Virus record (IMG/VR): IMGVR_UViG_3300032167_000010
Length of the DNA: 64,000 nucleotides
Reading direction: 5' to 3' (one strand)
From: a virus
Lineage: Duplodnaviria > Heunggongvirae > Uroviricota > Caudoviricetes
A model generated the notes under the pieces. The model made no database searches, had not been told where the DNA came from, and saw nothing but the letters and a program-made list of their open reading frames with translations. Below, in pieces: positions 34,132 through 43,130 of this stretch. Within the stretch, counting starts at the first letter, position 1; each line of letters starts with the position of its first letter. Position numbers and translations under genes: made by a program.

Positions 34132-34406
34132 TGGAGATACCTTACAGTATTGGCCAGCACATTTGGGGAGTAGATGCCAGAGATAATAAAATTCAAATAA
34201 ATGAATATGAAATAACTATGATAACTATTAAAAAAGACCTTACTATTAAATTAAGATTAACTAGAGTAAAAGAGAAATGGTCCCATGAGATTTGTGCAAC
34301 TGCACTAAATAGAGTTGATGAAAAAACATGTAATTGTTATCATACTTATGAAGAATGTGCTAAAAAGCATTATGAATTATTAAAAGCTTTGGAGGGTCAT
34401 AATTAA
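34131..34406 (+). CDS. hypothetical protein
   Basis: ORF track; ATGA-type overlap. Confidence 0.5.
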   Translation: MEIPYSIGQHIWGVDARDNKIQINEYEITMITIKKDLTIKLRLTRVKEKWSHEICATALNRVDEKTCNCYHTYEECAKKHYELLKALEGHN

Positions 34407-34407
34407 T

Positions 34408-34599
34408 ATGGAAGAAACTAGAAAAATAGTGCGTGAAGAAATTGCACGCGCAGCAGAAATTTGGTGTAAAAAAGTTGCACATTATGAAAAGCATTTAACC
34501 ACGCCAGATGGTTCTGTTTGGTATGGAAACCGTGCTGCAACTATAGATGAGAAGTTTGAATTATTTCTTAGACTTTTAGAGGAGAGCAAAGATGAATAA
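34408..34599 (+). CDS. hypothetical protein
   Basis: ORF track; SD TGGAGGGT. Confidence 0.5.
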   Translation: MEETRKIVREEIARAAEIWCKKVAHYEKHLTTPDGSVWYGNRAATIDEKFELFLRLLEESKDE

Positions 34600-34912
34600 A
34601 CATTATAGTGTATCAATAATAGACCCAGAAGAACGATATGATATGCCGGTTTATGCACATTCTGTGAAAGAACTTAGCAGTCAAGTAATAAAAAGTGGCC
34701 CAGATGCGCCTTATATCGAAACTGAAGTAGTAGTAAAAGCTGTTTTTAGAGAATATAATCCAGATTATGGCGATGGTAAGCTTTGTAAATGTGGCCATTC
34801 TTATTATAGGCATTTTGATTCTTGTGAAAATATGGCCCCAATAGGCTGCAAATATTGTGGATGTCATACTTTTGTCCCCGCAGAGGAAATTGATAATGGA
34901 CAAACGTTGTAA
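34592..34912 (+). CDS. Cys/His-rich protein
   Basis: ORF track; CKCGHSYYRH..CKYCGCH. Confidence 0.5.
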   Translation: MNKHYSVSIIDPEERYDMPVYAHSVKELSSQVIKSGPDAPYIETEVVVKAVFREYNPDYGDGKLCKCGHSYYRHFDSCENMAPIGCKYCGCHTFVPAEEIDNGQTL

Positions 34913-35183
34913 AGACTGTACTTATAAGGGTTTCGAAGAACGAGATAAGAATGAAGCTTGGCCTTTTTGTATGTACAAAGATGAAGACTTAAGAAAGAAA
35001 GCTGCTGAATATTGGAATTATATACATCGATATTCTATTAGATATGGAGTGGAGCACAAGATAAAAGACTTTCCTCAAGAAAATGTTCCGTCTTGCCAAA
35101 TGGTTCAAGCAGCTTATAGTGAATTATATGGGACGACTTGTCCTAACTATAGAGGAGTAGAAAATGTTAAAGAAAAAGAATAA
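34896..35183 (+). CDS. Cys-rich protein
   Basis: ORF track 34857..35183; ATG after AGAGGAAAT. Confidence 0.45.
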   Translation: MDKRCKDCTYKGFEERDKNEAWPFCMYKDEDLRKKAAEYWNYIHRYSIRYGVEHKIKDFPQENVPSCQMVQAAYSELYGTTCPNYRGVENVKEKE

Positions 35184-35847
35184 AGAACTTTCTGTTGAAA
35201 GAATAACTGATAAAGAAGAAGTTAAGATGATGGCTAATGACATAGATTATGCATGTGTTAATTTGTCGTCAGAGCAGAGACTTGAGATTGCTAAAGTACT
35301 AGCTATTCTTGGTTATGGAAAATTAAATAAAGAAAAAACTGGTAATTGGGTTGTTTCAGAAAGAGGTTGTGTGATAACCTGTTCAAATTGTAAAGAACGT
35401 GTAGAGCTATATTGGCCTGATGGGACAGAGATAGGGCCGACATTACCTTATTGTCCATTCTGTGGGACTAAGATAGCCAGTTCTGCAGAAGTAAAAGATG
35501 TTGATAAGAAGCTGGGGAGAACAGTTATGAAAATTTGGTTAGATGATATTAGACCTGCACCAATAGATTATATTTGGCTTAAAAGTGTAGATGAGGCAAA
35601 AACATGGATACTTAACTGTGAAAGAAAGTATACAGAAAAGCATATAAAAGAAGATATTTTTGATACATCTCTCTTAGCTCGATATTGGGATATGAGTTGC
35701 GATACAAGTGACTATATAGAGCTTTTAAACTGGCTTGAAAGCACCAATAGAATAAACTTTACTTTTAAACTCCATGGCACAAACATAGTAGGTGTAGAAA
35801 ATATGCGCCGTATTATAAAAAGAAATGGTTGGACAGAGGTGAAATAA
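35164..35847 (+). CDS. Zn-ribbon protein (227 aa)
   Basis: ORF track; CSNCKE..CPFCG. Confidence 0.55.
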   Translation: MLKKKNKELSVERITDKEEVKMMANDIDYACVNLSSEQRLEIAKVLAILGYGKLNKEKTGNWVVSERGCVITCSNCKERVELYWPDGTEIGPTLPYCPFCGTKIASSAEVKDVDKKLGRTVMKIWLDDIRPAPIDYIWLKSVDEAKTWILNCERKYTEKHIKEDIFDTSLLARYWDMSCDTSDYIELLNWLESTNRINFTFKLHGTNIVGVENMRRIIKRNGWTEVK

Positions 35848-35849
35848 TT

Positions 35850-36050
35850 ATGAACAATACAAGATGTATGGTAAATTTTAATTGTGAAAAATGTATAAAA
35901 GGTGATGTATGCCCTCATAAAAGTAAAGTTGCTGAGCTTGTCGAAAATTTTTCTGATAAGGTATGTGGGCATCCATTTAATGCTTCATTAACTTGTTGGG
36001 CATATATAAACAAATCTAAATCAACAACTGGATTAATTAAAGGTGAGTAA
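35850..36050 (+). CDS. Cys-rich small protein
   Basis: ORF track 35829..36050; ATG after GAGGTGAAAT. Confidence 0.45.
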   Translation: MNNTRCMVNFNCEKCIKGDVCPHKSKVAELVENFSDKVCGHPFNASLTCWAYINKSKSTTGLIKGE

Positions 36051-36051
36051 T

Positions 36052-36267
36052 ATGTGTAAATATTGTGATTGTGTAGATATTCCCATGGCTGGAAAATATG
36101 GAAATGGAATTGAAAGTATAGAGAGTGAAAGTGTTTTCGCTCATATACAACAAACACCAGATAATAAATTTTTATTTGGAATTGATGAGGATGTTTTTTA
36201 CCATTTTGAAATTAACTACTGCCCTATGTGTGGTAGAGATTTAAGTTATAAATCTGAGGTGAAGTAA
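36052..36267 (+). CDS. Zn-ribbon small protein
   Basis: ORF track 36043..36267; CKYCDC..CPMCG. Confidence 0.45.
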   Translation: MCKYCDCVDIPMAGKYGNGIESIESESVFAHIQQTPDNKFLFGIDEDVFYHFEINYCPMCGRDLSYKSEVK

Positions 36268-36268
36268 T

Positions 36269-36523
36269 ATGGCTTGGAATGAAATTGGACTTATTATACT
36301 TTTCTGTTCAGTTATAAGTGTTTTCACTCATTGGTTTGTTTGGGCTATTCTAGAAGAGTTTATAGATAAGCCTCCATTTTTATATACTCCTGGCACATTA
36401 TATCTCCATACAAAAATGAATTGGTTTGGCTGTATTATGATTTATATTATTCTGTTTCCATTTGGTTTTGTATTTGAAATAGGTGGATTTTTAAGATGGT
36501 TATTTACAGTAGGGAGGAGATGA
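36269..36523 (+). CDS. small membrane protein, NWFGC family copy 1
   Basis: ORF track; conserved NWFGC and C-terminal VGRR. Confidence 0.55.
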   Translation: MAWNEIGLIILFCSVISVFTHWFVWAILEEFIDKPPFLYTPGTLYLHTKMNWFGCIMIYIILFPFGFVFEIGGFLRWLFTVGRR

Positions 36524-36527
36524 TAAC

Positions 36528-36788
36528 ATGGCTTGGTATCAATATTTATTATGTTTTTATATAGCATTCTCAATAGTAACATTTATAATTGTTTTGGCAA
36601 TATTTATTGACGAGCCGTATGAATGGATAATTCAATCTCCAATTCAATTATATGAAAAAACAAATATGAATTGGTTTGGCTGCATTTTTATTTGGTTTTT
36701 AGAATTTTTATTAATGCCAGTACCTGTGATTTTGTCATTAATCTGGGACTTTTTTAACTGGTTAGTTCATGTTGGGAGGAAAGATTAA
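36528..36788 (+). CDS. small membrane protein, NWFGC family copy 2
   Basis: ORF track; NMNWFGC, ..VGRKD. Confidence 0.55.
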   Translation: MAWYQYLLCFYIAFSIVTFIIVLAIFIDEPYEWIIQSPIQLYEKTNMNWFGCIFIWFLEFLLMPVPVILSLIWDFFNWLVHVGRKD

Positions 36789-36789
36789 T

Positions 36790-36972
36790 ATGTGTTTATT
36801 TAGAAAAAAAGAAAAACAATTATATGAAATAACTTATGAATCTTATGGTATTAACAGAGAAATTTTTGCAGCAAAAAGTCCAGAACAAGCAATAAGAAAA
36901 TTTCATCGAAAACATTATTCATGCTGGGATGTAATAGATATAAAATTATATAAAATGTTAGAGGTAGAATAA
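36790..36972 (+). CDS. hypothetical protein
   Basis: ORF track 36769..36972; ATG after GGGAGGAAAG. Confidence 0.45.
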   Translation: MCLFRKKEKQLYEITYESYGINREIFAAKSPEQAIRKFHRKHYSCWDVIDIKLYKMLEVE

Positions 36973-36973
36973 T

Positions 36974-37210
36974 ATGGTTTGGTGGTTAATTTTAATAATT
37001 TTATATCTTATATCACATGCAATAGGAGTAGCTCAAATTTCGTACACAGAAGAAAAATTTGATTTTGCCTTTCTCTCACCTTATACCTTATATAAATATT
37101 GTAAAGTAAATATGTTTGGTGCAATATTCTTATGGTTATTGCATTTAGCAGTTACTCCTATTTATGCGTTGATAGGTTTATTTATTTGGTTGTGTACAGT
37201 AGGGAGGTAA
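36974..37210 (+). CDS. small membrane protein, NWFGC family copy 3 (divergent: NMFGA)
   Basis: ORF track; ends ..CTVGR. Confidence 0.5.
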   Translation: MVWWLILIILYLISHAIGVAQISYTEEKFDFAFLSPYTLYKYCKVNMFGAIFLWLLHLAVTPIYALIGLFIWLCTVGR

Positions 37211-37216
37211 AATAAT

Positions 37217-37540
37217 ATGACATTAAGATTAGCAATAAAATCAATTGAAACTTATAATTGTATCGAAGGAAAAGATGGTTTATACAATCATAGTTGGGTT
37301 CCAGTAAGTGCTATTGTAGATAAATTACCATTTAATAAACTTATGGAAAAATATCCTAAATTAAACATAATCTATGAAGGAATTTTTAATAACGGAAAAC
37401 TTCTCAACTATACAATAAAGGGACCTAAAAAGCTTTGCAATGAAGTTATGATAAGCTTAACGAGCATAGCTGAATTAGCAAAATATTTTGATATAATGAC
37501 AGTTGGTAAGTATGATTACTATTGGAAGAAAGGGTGGTAA
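37217..37540 (+). CDS. hypothetical protein
   Basis: ORF track; SD GGGAGGTAAAA. Confidence 0.5.
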   Translation: MTLRLAIKSIETYNCIEGKDGLYNHSWVPVSAIVDKLPFNKLMEKYPKLNIIYEGIFNNGKLLNYTIKGPKKLCNEVMISLTSIAELAKYFDIMTVGKYDYYWKKGW

Positions 37541-37542
37541 TA

Positions 37543-37751
37543 TGAAATATATTATTGAATTAGATAAAGATGAATTAAGTTTTTTAAAAGGTATAGTTAG
37601 AGACACACGCTATAAATTACTTGATAAGCTTAGAAATAATATCTTTGATAAAAAATCAATTAACCATATTATTACTCAAACGCTTATATTAAGCGAGAGA
37701 TTAGACAATGTTATTCCTATAGCAGACAAAGCAAATAAAGAGGTGAAATAA
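37543..37751 (+). CDS. hypothetical protein, paralog of 19136..19351
   Basis: ORF track 37503..37751; ATG after AAGGGTGGTAAT. Confidence 0.5.
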
Positions 37752-37752
37752 T

Positions 37753-37944
37753 ATGAAAATATGGAAGATATTAACACAAATATTGATTGATATCCTTGTT
37801 ATGATAGGTTTGTTGTGCTTGATGGTGCATTTAATAATTGCATGGAAACTCAATATAATTACAAGTAGTTTGTTTGGTATTCTTACTGGTGTAGTTATTG
37901 TTACAATATGGTATGTAATATATCTAATATTTTATAAGAGGTAA
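37753..37944 (+). CDS. small membrane protein (2 TM)
   Basis: ORF track; SD AGAGGTGAAA. Confidence 0.5.
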   Translation: MKIWKILTQILIDILVMIGLLCLMVHLIIAWKLNIITSSLFGILTGVVIVTIWYVIYLIFYKR

Positions 37945-37950
37945 GGCAAA

Positions 37951-38139
37951 ATGACAAAAATATTGATACAATATTTACTCTATCTTATTCGTTGGCAACT
38001 TTCTACACCAATATTGGCGATAGTGCTATGGTTATTCGGAATAGGCGTTTCACCATTTATACCAACTGTAATAGCAAATTTGATTGGTGGATTAATATTT
38101 TTTTGGATAGATAAATGGATATTTAATAAAAACAGTTAA
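37951..38139 (+). CDS. small membrane protein (2 TM)
   Basis: ORF track; SD AGAGGTAAGG. Confidence 0.5.
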   Translation: MTKILIQYLLYLIRWQLSTPILAIVLWLFGIGVSPFIPTVIANLIGGLIFFWIDKWIFNKNS

Positions 38140-38154
38140 CAGAGGTAAAGTACT

Positions 38155-38508
38155 ATGTTTAATGAAAAAGTAATAGAAGTAATTGCAAGTGTTCTTCCAT
38201 ATGAAGAAACTGAGAATAAATTACTTGCAAAGACAATAGCAAAGACTTTATGGGATAGTGGGCTTGTTATGAATAGCCCTGAAATGATGGATGAGCAAGA
38301 ACCTAATATCTATAAATGGACTGCTATGGAAAACGATGGTTATACCCATATGGAATCCGGAGTCGCTATGAATATGCTTGATGCTTTTATCAAAGCTACT
38401 GAGTATAGTCCGAGCTATCATAAATATATAGAAATAGAAAAAGTAGAAAAAGAAGATTATACTGATGCTCACAAAGAGTTATTAGATTGGTATAAAGAGG
38501 TGAAATAA
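38155..38508 (+). CDS. hypothetical protein
   Basis: ORF track; SD AGAGGTAAAG. Confidence 0.5.
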   Translation: MFNEKVIEVIASVLPYEETENKLLAKTIAKTLWDSGLVMNSPEMMDEQEPNIYKWTAMENDGYTHMESGVAMNMLDAFIKATEYSPSYHKYIEIEKVEKEDYTDAHKELLDWYKEVK

Positions 38509-38509
38509 T

Positions 38510-38746
38510 ATGGAAATAGAAAGAAAGGTTTTGGTTGGATATATTTGTGATACTTCCAGTGTTAAGCCGTTTCAGAAAGCTCTTCAGGATTATTTAGATA
38601 ACGGCTGGCAGGTAGAGCATACTGAGCATACAGATAGAGCTGTTGTGGCATTCTTTTATAGAATAAAAGATACCGGAGTAGAAGAAGAGTCAATGGATAA
38701 TTCACTTAATGAGTCTGCTTACGAAAATACTAAGAGGTATTTATGA
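38510..38746 (+). CDS. hypothetical protein
   Basis: ORF track; SD AGAGGTGAAA. Confidence 0.5.
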   Translation: MEIERKVLVGYICDTSSVKPFQKALQDYLDNGWQVEHTEHTDRAVVAFFYRIKDTGVEEESMDNSLNESAYENTKRYL

Positions 38747-39105
38747 AATTTGGATATCAACCTAAAATAGGACCAGCTACGCCACCAGAGCCGCCAACCT
38801 CCGGAAGCAACGCAGACTTAAGCGTTAAGGTAAAAACAGAAGATATAGTAATCTTGAGTACAAAAGAGTATTTAGACTTACTTAGTACTATAAATAGACT
38901 AAGGCAATATGATTATGAAAGAGATGTTGTTTTACACGCAAAGCTTATTAGCAAAACCAGAGAAGAAAATTCAAAAGAAATTTTTGAAAAGCTAGATGAA
39001 ATTTGTAAAGGTTTCTGTTGGGATTTTAACCATTATCAAGATACTTGGTTTGGACAAAAGTTTTTAGCATTGGCAAAAGAATACGGAGTAGAATTATGCA
39101 GATAG
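38743..39105 (+). CDS. hypothetical protein
   Basis: ORF track; ATGA overlap. Confidence 0.5.
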   Translation: MKFGYQPKIGPATPPEPPTSGSNADLSVKVKTEDIVILSTKEYLDLLSTINRLRQYDYERDVVLHAKLISKTREENSKEIFEKLDEICKGFCWDFNHYQDTWFGQKFLALAKEYGVELCR

Positions 39106-39482
39106 ATTATATTTTATATAAAGGTAAAACATTAGAAGGCATTTGGGTAGAAGGACTTCCTTGTTATAATATTTATAAACAGTTGTGTATACAGCCACTT
39201 GATAATATGCCATGTTGTGTTATTAACAGAGATACTCTCAGTAGATTTACCACGCAAATTGATAAAAATTCTGTGAAGATTTTTGACGGAGATATTACTA
39301 GATTTACAAAAGATGGTTTTCCAATGTTAATTAGGTGGGACTGTGAACAAGCTCGATTTGTTTTTCACGATACTATAAACAACGTTGATATTTACATGTA
39401 TAGAATGCTTGCGGAGCAGTGTGAAGTAATTGGAAATGTGTGGGATAACCCAAAACTTTTGGAGGACTCAGAAGATGACTAA
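39096..39482 (+). CDS. YopX-family protein
   Basis: C-terminal VIGNVWDNPKLLED matches the YopX signature (IGNIYENPELL); ORF track 39045..39482. Confidence 0.6.
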   Translation: MQIDYILYKGKTLEGIWVEGLPCYNIYKQLCIQPLDNMPCCVINRDTLSRFTTQIDKNSVKIFDGDITRFTKDGFPMLIRWDCEQARFVFHDTINNVDIYMYRMLAEQCEVIGNVWDNPKLLEDSEDD

Positions 39483-39729
39483 GGTTTACAAGAAAGGTGA
39501 ACGTGGCAGAATTCCTACTCGTATTAAAGCGGCAGTAGAAAAAGAGATTGAGAAATATGGTTTTTATATGGCATGGCATTACTTTGCTTATGATTGTGAT
39601 TTTGGTAATTTAACTAGCTGGGAAATTCAAACTTGGAGAGCTTTTGATCAATATGAAAGAACCAATAAAATTAAAGAAAAACCACTTACTACAAAATCTA
39701 TGATGGGGAGATTAGCAAATGGAAATTAA
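39475..39729 (+). CDS. hypothetical protein
   Basis: ORF track 39430..39729; ATG 9 nt after GGAGG. Confidence 0.45.
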   Translation: MTKVYKKGERGRIPTRIKAAVEKEIEKYGFYMAWHYFAYDCDFGNLTSWEIQTWRAFDQYERTNKIKEKPLTTKSMMGRLANGN

Positions 39730-40039
39730 ATATGAACGTATCAAAGATAACAGTGACGCCACGAGTAATTATGATGTAATAGTTAAGTACCCTATATCTT
39801 TTGCAGAGTTTTACAGAGTAATTCTTGAAAATGACGATAGCTTTAGAATAGTTCTTCACGCTACGAATGATACTTATGGTGGCTGGTGTTATAATAAAGT
39901 TGAAATTAGCCACAATGAAACCGAAGATGTAGAGATGTTTGATAGATATATGAAAGAAACTGTTGTTGACTGCTGGGCAAATGGCGGTTGGGGACAAATG
40001 ACATATTTTATGACTTTTGCTGAACAGGAGGTAAATTAA
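39719..40039 (+). CDS. hypothetical protein
   Basis: ORF track. Confidence 0.5.
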   Translation: MEIKYERIKDNSDATSNYDVIVKYPISFAEFYRVILENDDSFRIVLHATNDTYGGWCYNKVEISHNETEDVEMFDRYMKETVVDCWANGGWGQMTYFMTFAEQEVN

Positions 40040-40040
40040 T

Positions 40041-40235
40041 ATGAGAAGCTCAAATGAAGTTACTCAAGAGATTTTTCAGTTATTTAGTGAATTGATAGCG
40101 GCACGAGAAGCTGAAGAAAGTGAACAAAGAGCTAAGTTCGATTATTTAGAACATAGATTAAATGACTTATATAACAAGATTGACCTTCAAGAAAATAAAA
40201 ATAGACAAATCGCTCAAATATTATTAAAAGATTAA
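40041..40235 (+). CDS. hypothetical coiled-coil protein
   Basis: ORF track; SD CAGGAGGTAAA. Confidence 0.45.
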   Translation: MRSSNEVTQEIFQLFSELIAAREAEESEQRAKFDYLEHRLNDLYNKIDLQENKNRQIAQILLKD

Positions 40236-40282
40236 TTATTTTATTGTATTATAAAATATAATAATATTTGGAGGTATTATTT

Positions 40283-40486
40283 ATGAGTTATTTATGTTAT
40301 AAGTGTAGAAAAGAAATAGAAGGTAAACCCGGACACTTAGTTTATGGTTATAAGAAAGGTAAGCCTTTTTCATTAGTTCTTTGTAAAGACTGTCGAGATG
40401 AGCTTACTGACGAACAAGTTGAAGAACTTGAAAGAACTCAAGCATCCAATACTATTTCTGAAGAATTAGGAATTTTAGGACAATAA
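40283..40486 (+). CDS. Zn-ribbon small protein
   Basis: ORF track 40268..40486; ATG after TGGAGGTA; CYKCR..CKDCR. Confidence 0.5.
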   Translation: MSYLCYKCRKEIEGKPGHLVYGYKKGKPFSLVLCKDCRDELTDEQVEELERTQASNTISEELGILGQ

Positions 40487-40488
40487 TT

Positions 40489-41370
40489 ATGATAATGACA
40501 AAAATTAGACCAACTTTTACGATGTTAGTAGGCATTCCAGGTTGTGGAAAAACCTCATTCGCAGAAGAACTTAAAAATGAAACTACAGTTCATTTATCTT
40601 CTGATGCCATTAGAAAAGAGCTTTGGGGCGATGAGAATTGCCAAGATGATCACAATAGAGTATTTAACTTAATGCATGAAAGAACTTTGTATGCTTTAAG
40701 AAATGGCTATGATGTAATCTATGATGCTACTAATATTACTAGAAAGAGCAGAAGAAGTATACTTGAGAAACTTCCTGCTTATGTAGATAAAAAATGTGTT
40801 ATTGTGTAGGCACCTATTTCATTTTGTTTAGCTAGGGATATGCACAGAGGTAGACATGTGGGTGAAGAAGTAATTATGTCAATGCTTAAAAGATTTGAAG
40901 CTCCTTTTTATGATGAAGGCTTTGATAGTATTGAAGTAAAATATTCTGGCTATTTTTTAAACAGTGATTATTTTACTGAGTGTAAACAGGCCTTAGAAAT
41001 TCCACATGATAACCCACATCATACTGCAGACGTAGCAGAACATTGTAGACTTTGTGGTGAAAATCTTTTAGACCAAGACTTGCCAAGAGTTGTAAAATCG
41101 GCAGGCTATGTTCACGATATTGGTAAACCTATTACAAAGACTTTTGTCAACAATAAAGGTGAAACTACTGAAATCGCACATTACTATGGGCATCAGGCAG
41201 CTGGTGCGTGGATTAGCTATGGATTTTTAGATGAAGATAATATTACACTTGCTTGGTTAATTTCCACACATATGGCGCCTTTTATTAATCAGAAATACTA
41301 TAATAGCTTAGACCCTTTATATAAGAATTGGATTGACGCTTTACATAAGGCTGACTTGGAAGCACACTAA
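40489..41370 (+). pseudogene. Pnk-like polynucleotide kinase domain fused to HD phosphohydrolase domain, interrupted by in-frame TAG at 40807-40809
   Basis: Walker A GIPGCGKTS; kinase motif CLARDMHRGRHVGEEVIMSM continues in the same frame right after the TAG; HD signatures HDNPHHTAD / HDIGKP downstream; both track ORFs 40489..40809 and 40840..41370 are in the same frame. Confidence 0.6.
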
Positions 41371-41388
41371 AAACGAACAAATTTATCC

Positions 41389-41398
41389 GCTAAATTAT
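41389..41398 (+). promoter_or_regulatory. late-type promoter motif (copy 4)
   Basis: atccGCTAAATTATTAaag 46 nt upstream of GTG 41444. Confidence 0.45.
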
Positions 41399-41443
41399 TA
41401 AAGAAGACTACAAAGTCTTACTACTATTTGGAGGATATTTGTT

Positions 41444-41869
41444 GTGATTAAAAACAAAGCGACTTTTTATCTTTTATCGTTTACTTGGGGCATTGTGATG
41501 TCTATAATTGGATGCCTAGCAGCACTCGGACTTTTAATTGCTGGGCATAAACCAGAAAAGTGGGGCTATTGCTTACATTTTAGGCTTGGTAAAAATTGGG
41601 GCGGAGTTAATTTAGGTCCAGTAATTATTACTGATGTGTATTCTGGTGATTCTAGTAGTATTAAGAACCACGAGCACGGACACGCGCTTCAGAACTGTAA
41701 ATACGGACTCTTTATGATAGTAGTTAGTATTATGTCGTTTATACGTTATTGGTACAGAGAGCTTAAGTACTATAGAAAAAACTTAATTCCACCTACTGCC
41801 TACGATGACGCTTGGTATGAAGGTGAAGCTACTAAACTAGGTGATGAGTTTATGGCAGCTTTTGAGTAA
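41444..41869 (+). CDS. integral membrane protein with HExxH (HEHGH) motif
   Basis: ORF track; GTG 8 nt after GGAGGA; 3-4 TM segments. Confidence 0.5.
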   Translation: MIKNKATFYLLSFTWGIVMSIIGCLAALGLLIAGHKPEKWGYCLHFRLGKNWGGVNLGPVIITDVYSGDSSSIKNHEHGHALQNCKYGLFMIVVSIMSFIRYWYRELKYYRKNLIPPTAYDDAWYEGEATKLGDEFMAAFE

Positions 41870-41897
41870 AAATAAAAACTATAATTAAATAAAAAAG

Positions 41898-41935
41898 AAA
41901 GATCTCTTATTTATCTCTAAGAGGTCTTTTATTTT
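41898..41935 (+). terminator. rho-independent terminator
   Basis: aagatctctta-tttatctc-taagaggtctt + T-run. Confidence 0.6.
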
Positions 41936-41987
41936 ACCACTTTTTACTGTATTTTATAATATAGATTAATACTATGGAGGATAGAGA

Positions 41988-42185
41988 ATGAAGTGGTCTG
42001 TTAGTGTTGGATTAAGATTGGCTATTGATTATGATGATATTGAAGCTGAAACTCAAGAAGACGCTGAAGCAATCGCTATAGAAAAAGCTCTTGAAGATGT
42101 TGATTATAATAACGCTTCTTGTGATGAAAGTGATGTTATTGTATATGCTGCTTGGCCAGAAGAGGAGGAAGAAGATGTATATTAA
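41988..42185 (+). CDS. hypothetical acidic protein
   Basis: ORF track; SD TGGAGGATAGAGA. Confidence 0.5.
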   Translation: MKWSVSVGLRLAIDYDDIEAETQEDAEAIAIEKALEDVDYNNASCDESDVIVYAAWPEEEEEDVY

Positions 42186-42396
42186 TAGAATATGCTGTCC
42201 AGTTTGTTCTGGTACGGGTAAAGCTCAAAAGTGGGTTATGGTTGAAACCCATCCAGATGGCACTGGAACTCTTAAAGCTGAAGAATGTGTTTGTGGTAAT
42301 TGTAGCGGAAAAGGTTATACTACTTATCCGGTATTTACTACAGAAGAAGCTAAAGTTATCGCAAAGCATTTTGGTTTTGTAATTATAGGAGATTAA
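42175..42396 (+). CDS. DnaJ-type (CxxCxGxG) zinc-finger mini-protein
   Basis: CPVCSGTGK and CGNCSGKG repeats; ATG after AGAGGAGGAAGA; track ORF 42091 is an unlikely N-extension. Confidence 0.5.
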   Translation: MYINRICCPVCSGTGKAQKWVMVETHPDGTGTLKAEECVCGNCSGKGYTTYPVFTTEEAKVIAKHFGFVIIGD

Positions 42397-42397
42397 A

Positions 42398-42715
42398 ATG
42401 ACTAATTTTGAAAAATTTAAATCTATGTCTATAGATGAGTTGGCGGATTGGCTAGATAAGTATGGACAATTTGATGGCTCACCCTGGATGGAGTGGTTTA
42501 ATGACAACTACTGTAAAAAATGTGAGTCTATCAAATGCAAATTTTCTGAGGCAGATGAAAAACTTGGATTTACTCCCTTGTTCCCAGGTAAAGAAATAGA
42601 CTGTGCCTATTGTGAACTAGAGAAGCACTGTAAATTTTTTACAGAGCTTATGGAAGTTCCAGACAATAAGAGCATAATTGAGATGTGGTTAAATCAGGAG
42701 GTGCAAAATGGATAA
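42398..42715 (+). CDS. Cys-rich protein
   Basis: ORF track; CKKCESIKC..CAYCELEKHC. Confidence 0.5.
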   Translation: MTNFEKFKSMSIDELADWLDKYGQFDGSPWMEWFNDNYCKKCESIKCKFSEADEKLGFTPLFPGKEIDCAYCELEKHCKFFTELMEVPDNKSIIEMWLNQEVQNG

Positions 42716-43130
42716 AGAACTTAGTAAAGAAGTAGATGAAATTATGAGTGTTTTGTTTGCATATGCTGAACGTTTTAATACAGCCACTACTGCAGTAGCT
42801 ACTCAAGCATTTATAAATCAATTATATCCAGCCTTTAGGGGTTATGCAGAAGCACTCGTTGCAGCCGGTTATAAAAATTGTAAAGATAAGAGAGTGGTGG
42901 ATCCAAAAGAATACGACAAACTTCAGTATTATAGATTTGAAACTGGTATTAAACATGGACGTAAAGAAGTCTTTTCTGCAGTAAAAGAACTTATAGATCA
43001 TACTGATATTGTGGTAGACAATGATGTACATACTTGGCAGCCCGATGCTGGCTATGACAAAAAACAAGTAGACGAAGGTTTAAAAGAACTAGCTAAAAGG
43101 TTTGAGGTAAAAATAGATGACAATTATTGA
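42708..43130 (+). CDS. hypothetical protein
   Basis: ORF track; SD CAGGAGGTGCAAA. Confidence 0.5.
   Translation: MDKELSKEVDEIMSVLFAYAERFNTATTAVATQAFINQLYPAFRGYAEALVAAGYKNCKDKRVVDPKEYDKLQYYRFETGIKHGRKEVFSAVKELIDHTDIVVDNDVHTWQPDAGYDKKQVDEGLKELAKRFEVKIDDNY

Noticed and set aside
40807-40839. Intron or translational bypass (T4 gene-60-like) as the explanation for the split Pnk/HD gene.
   Set aside because: The conserved kinase motif continues immediately and in frame after the TAG, with no inserted sequence, take-off/landing codon pair or structured gap.
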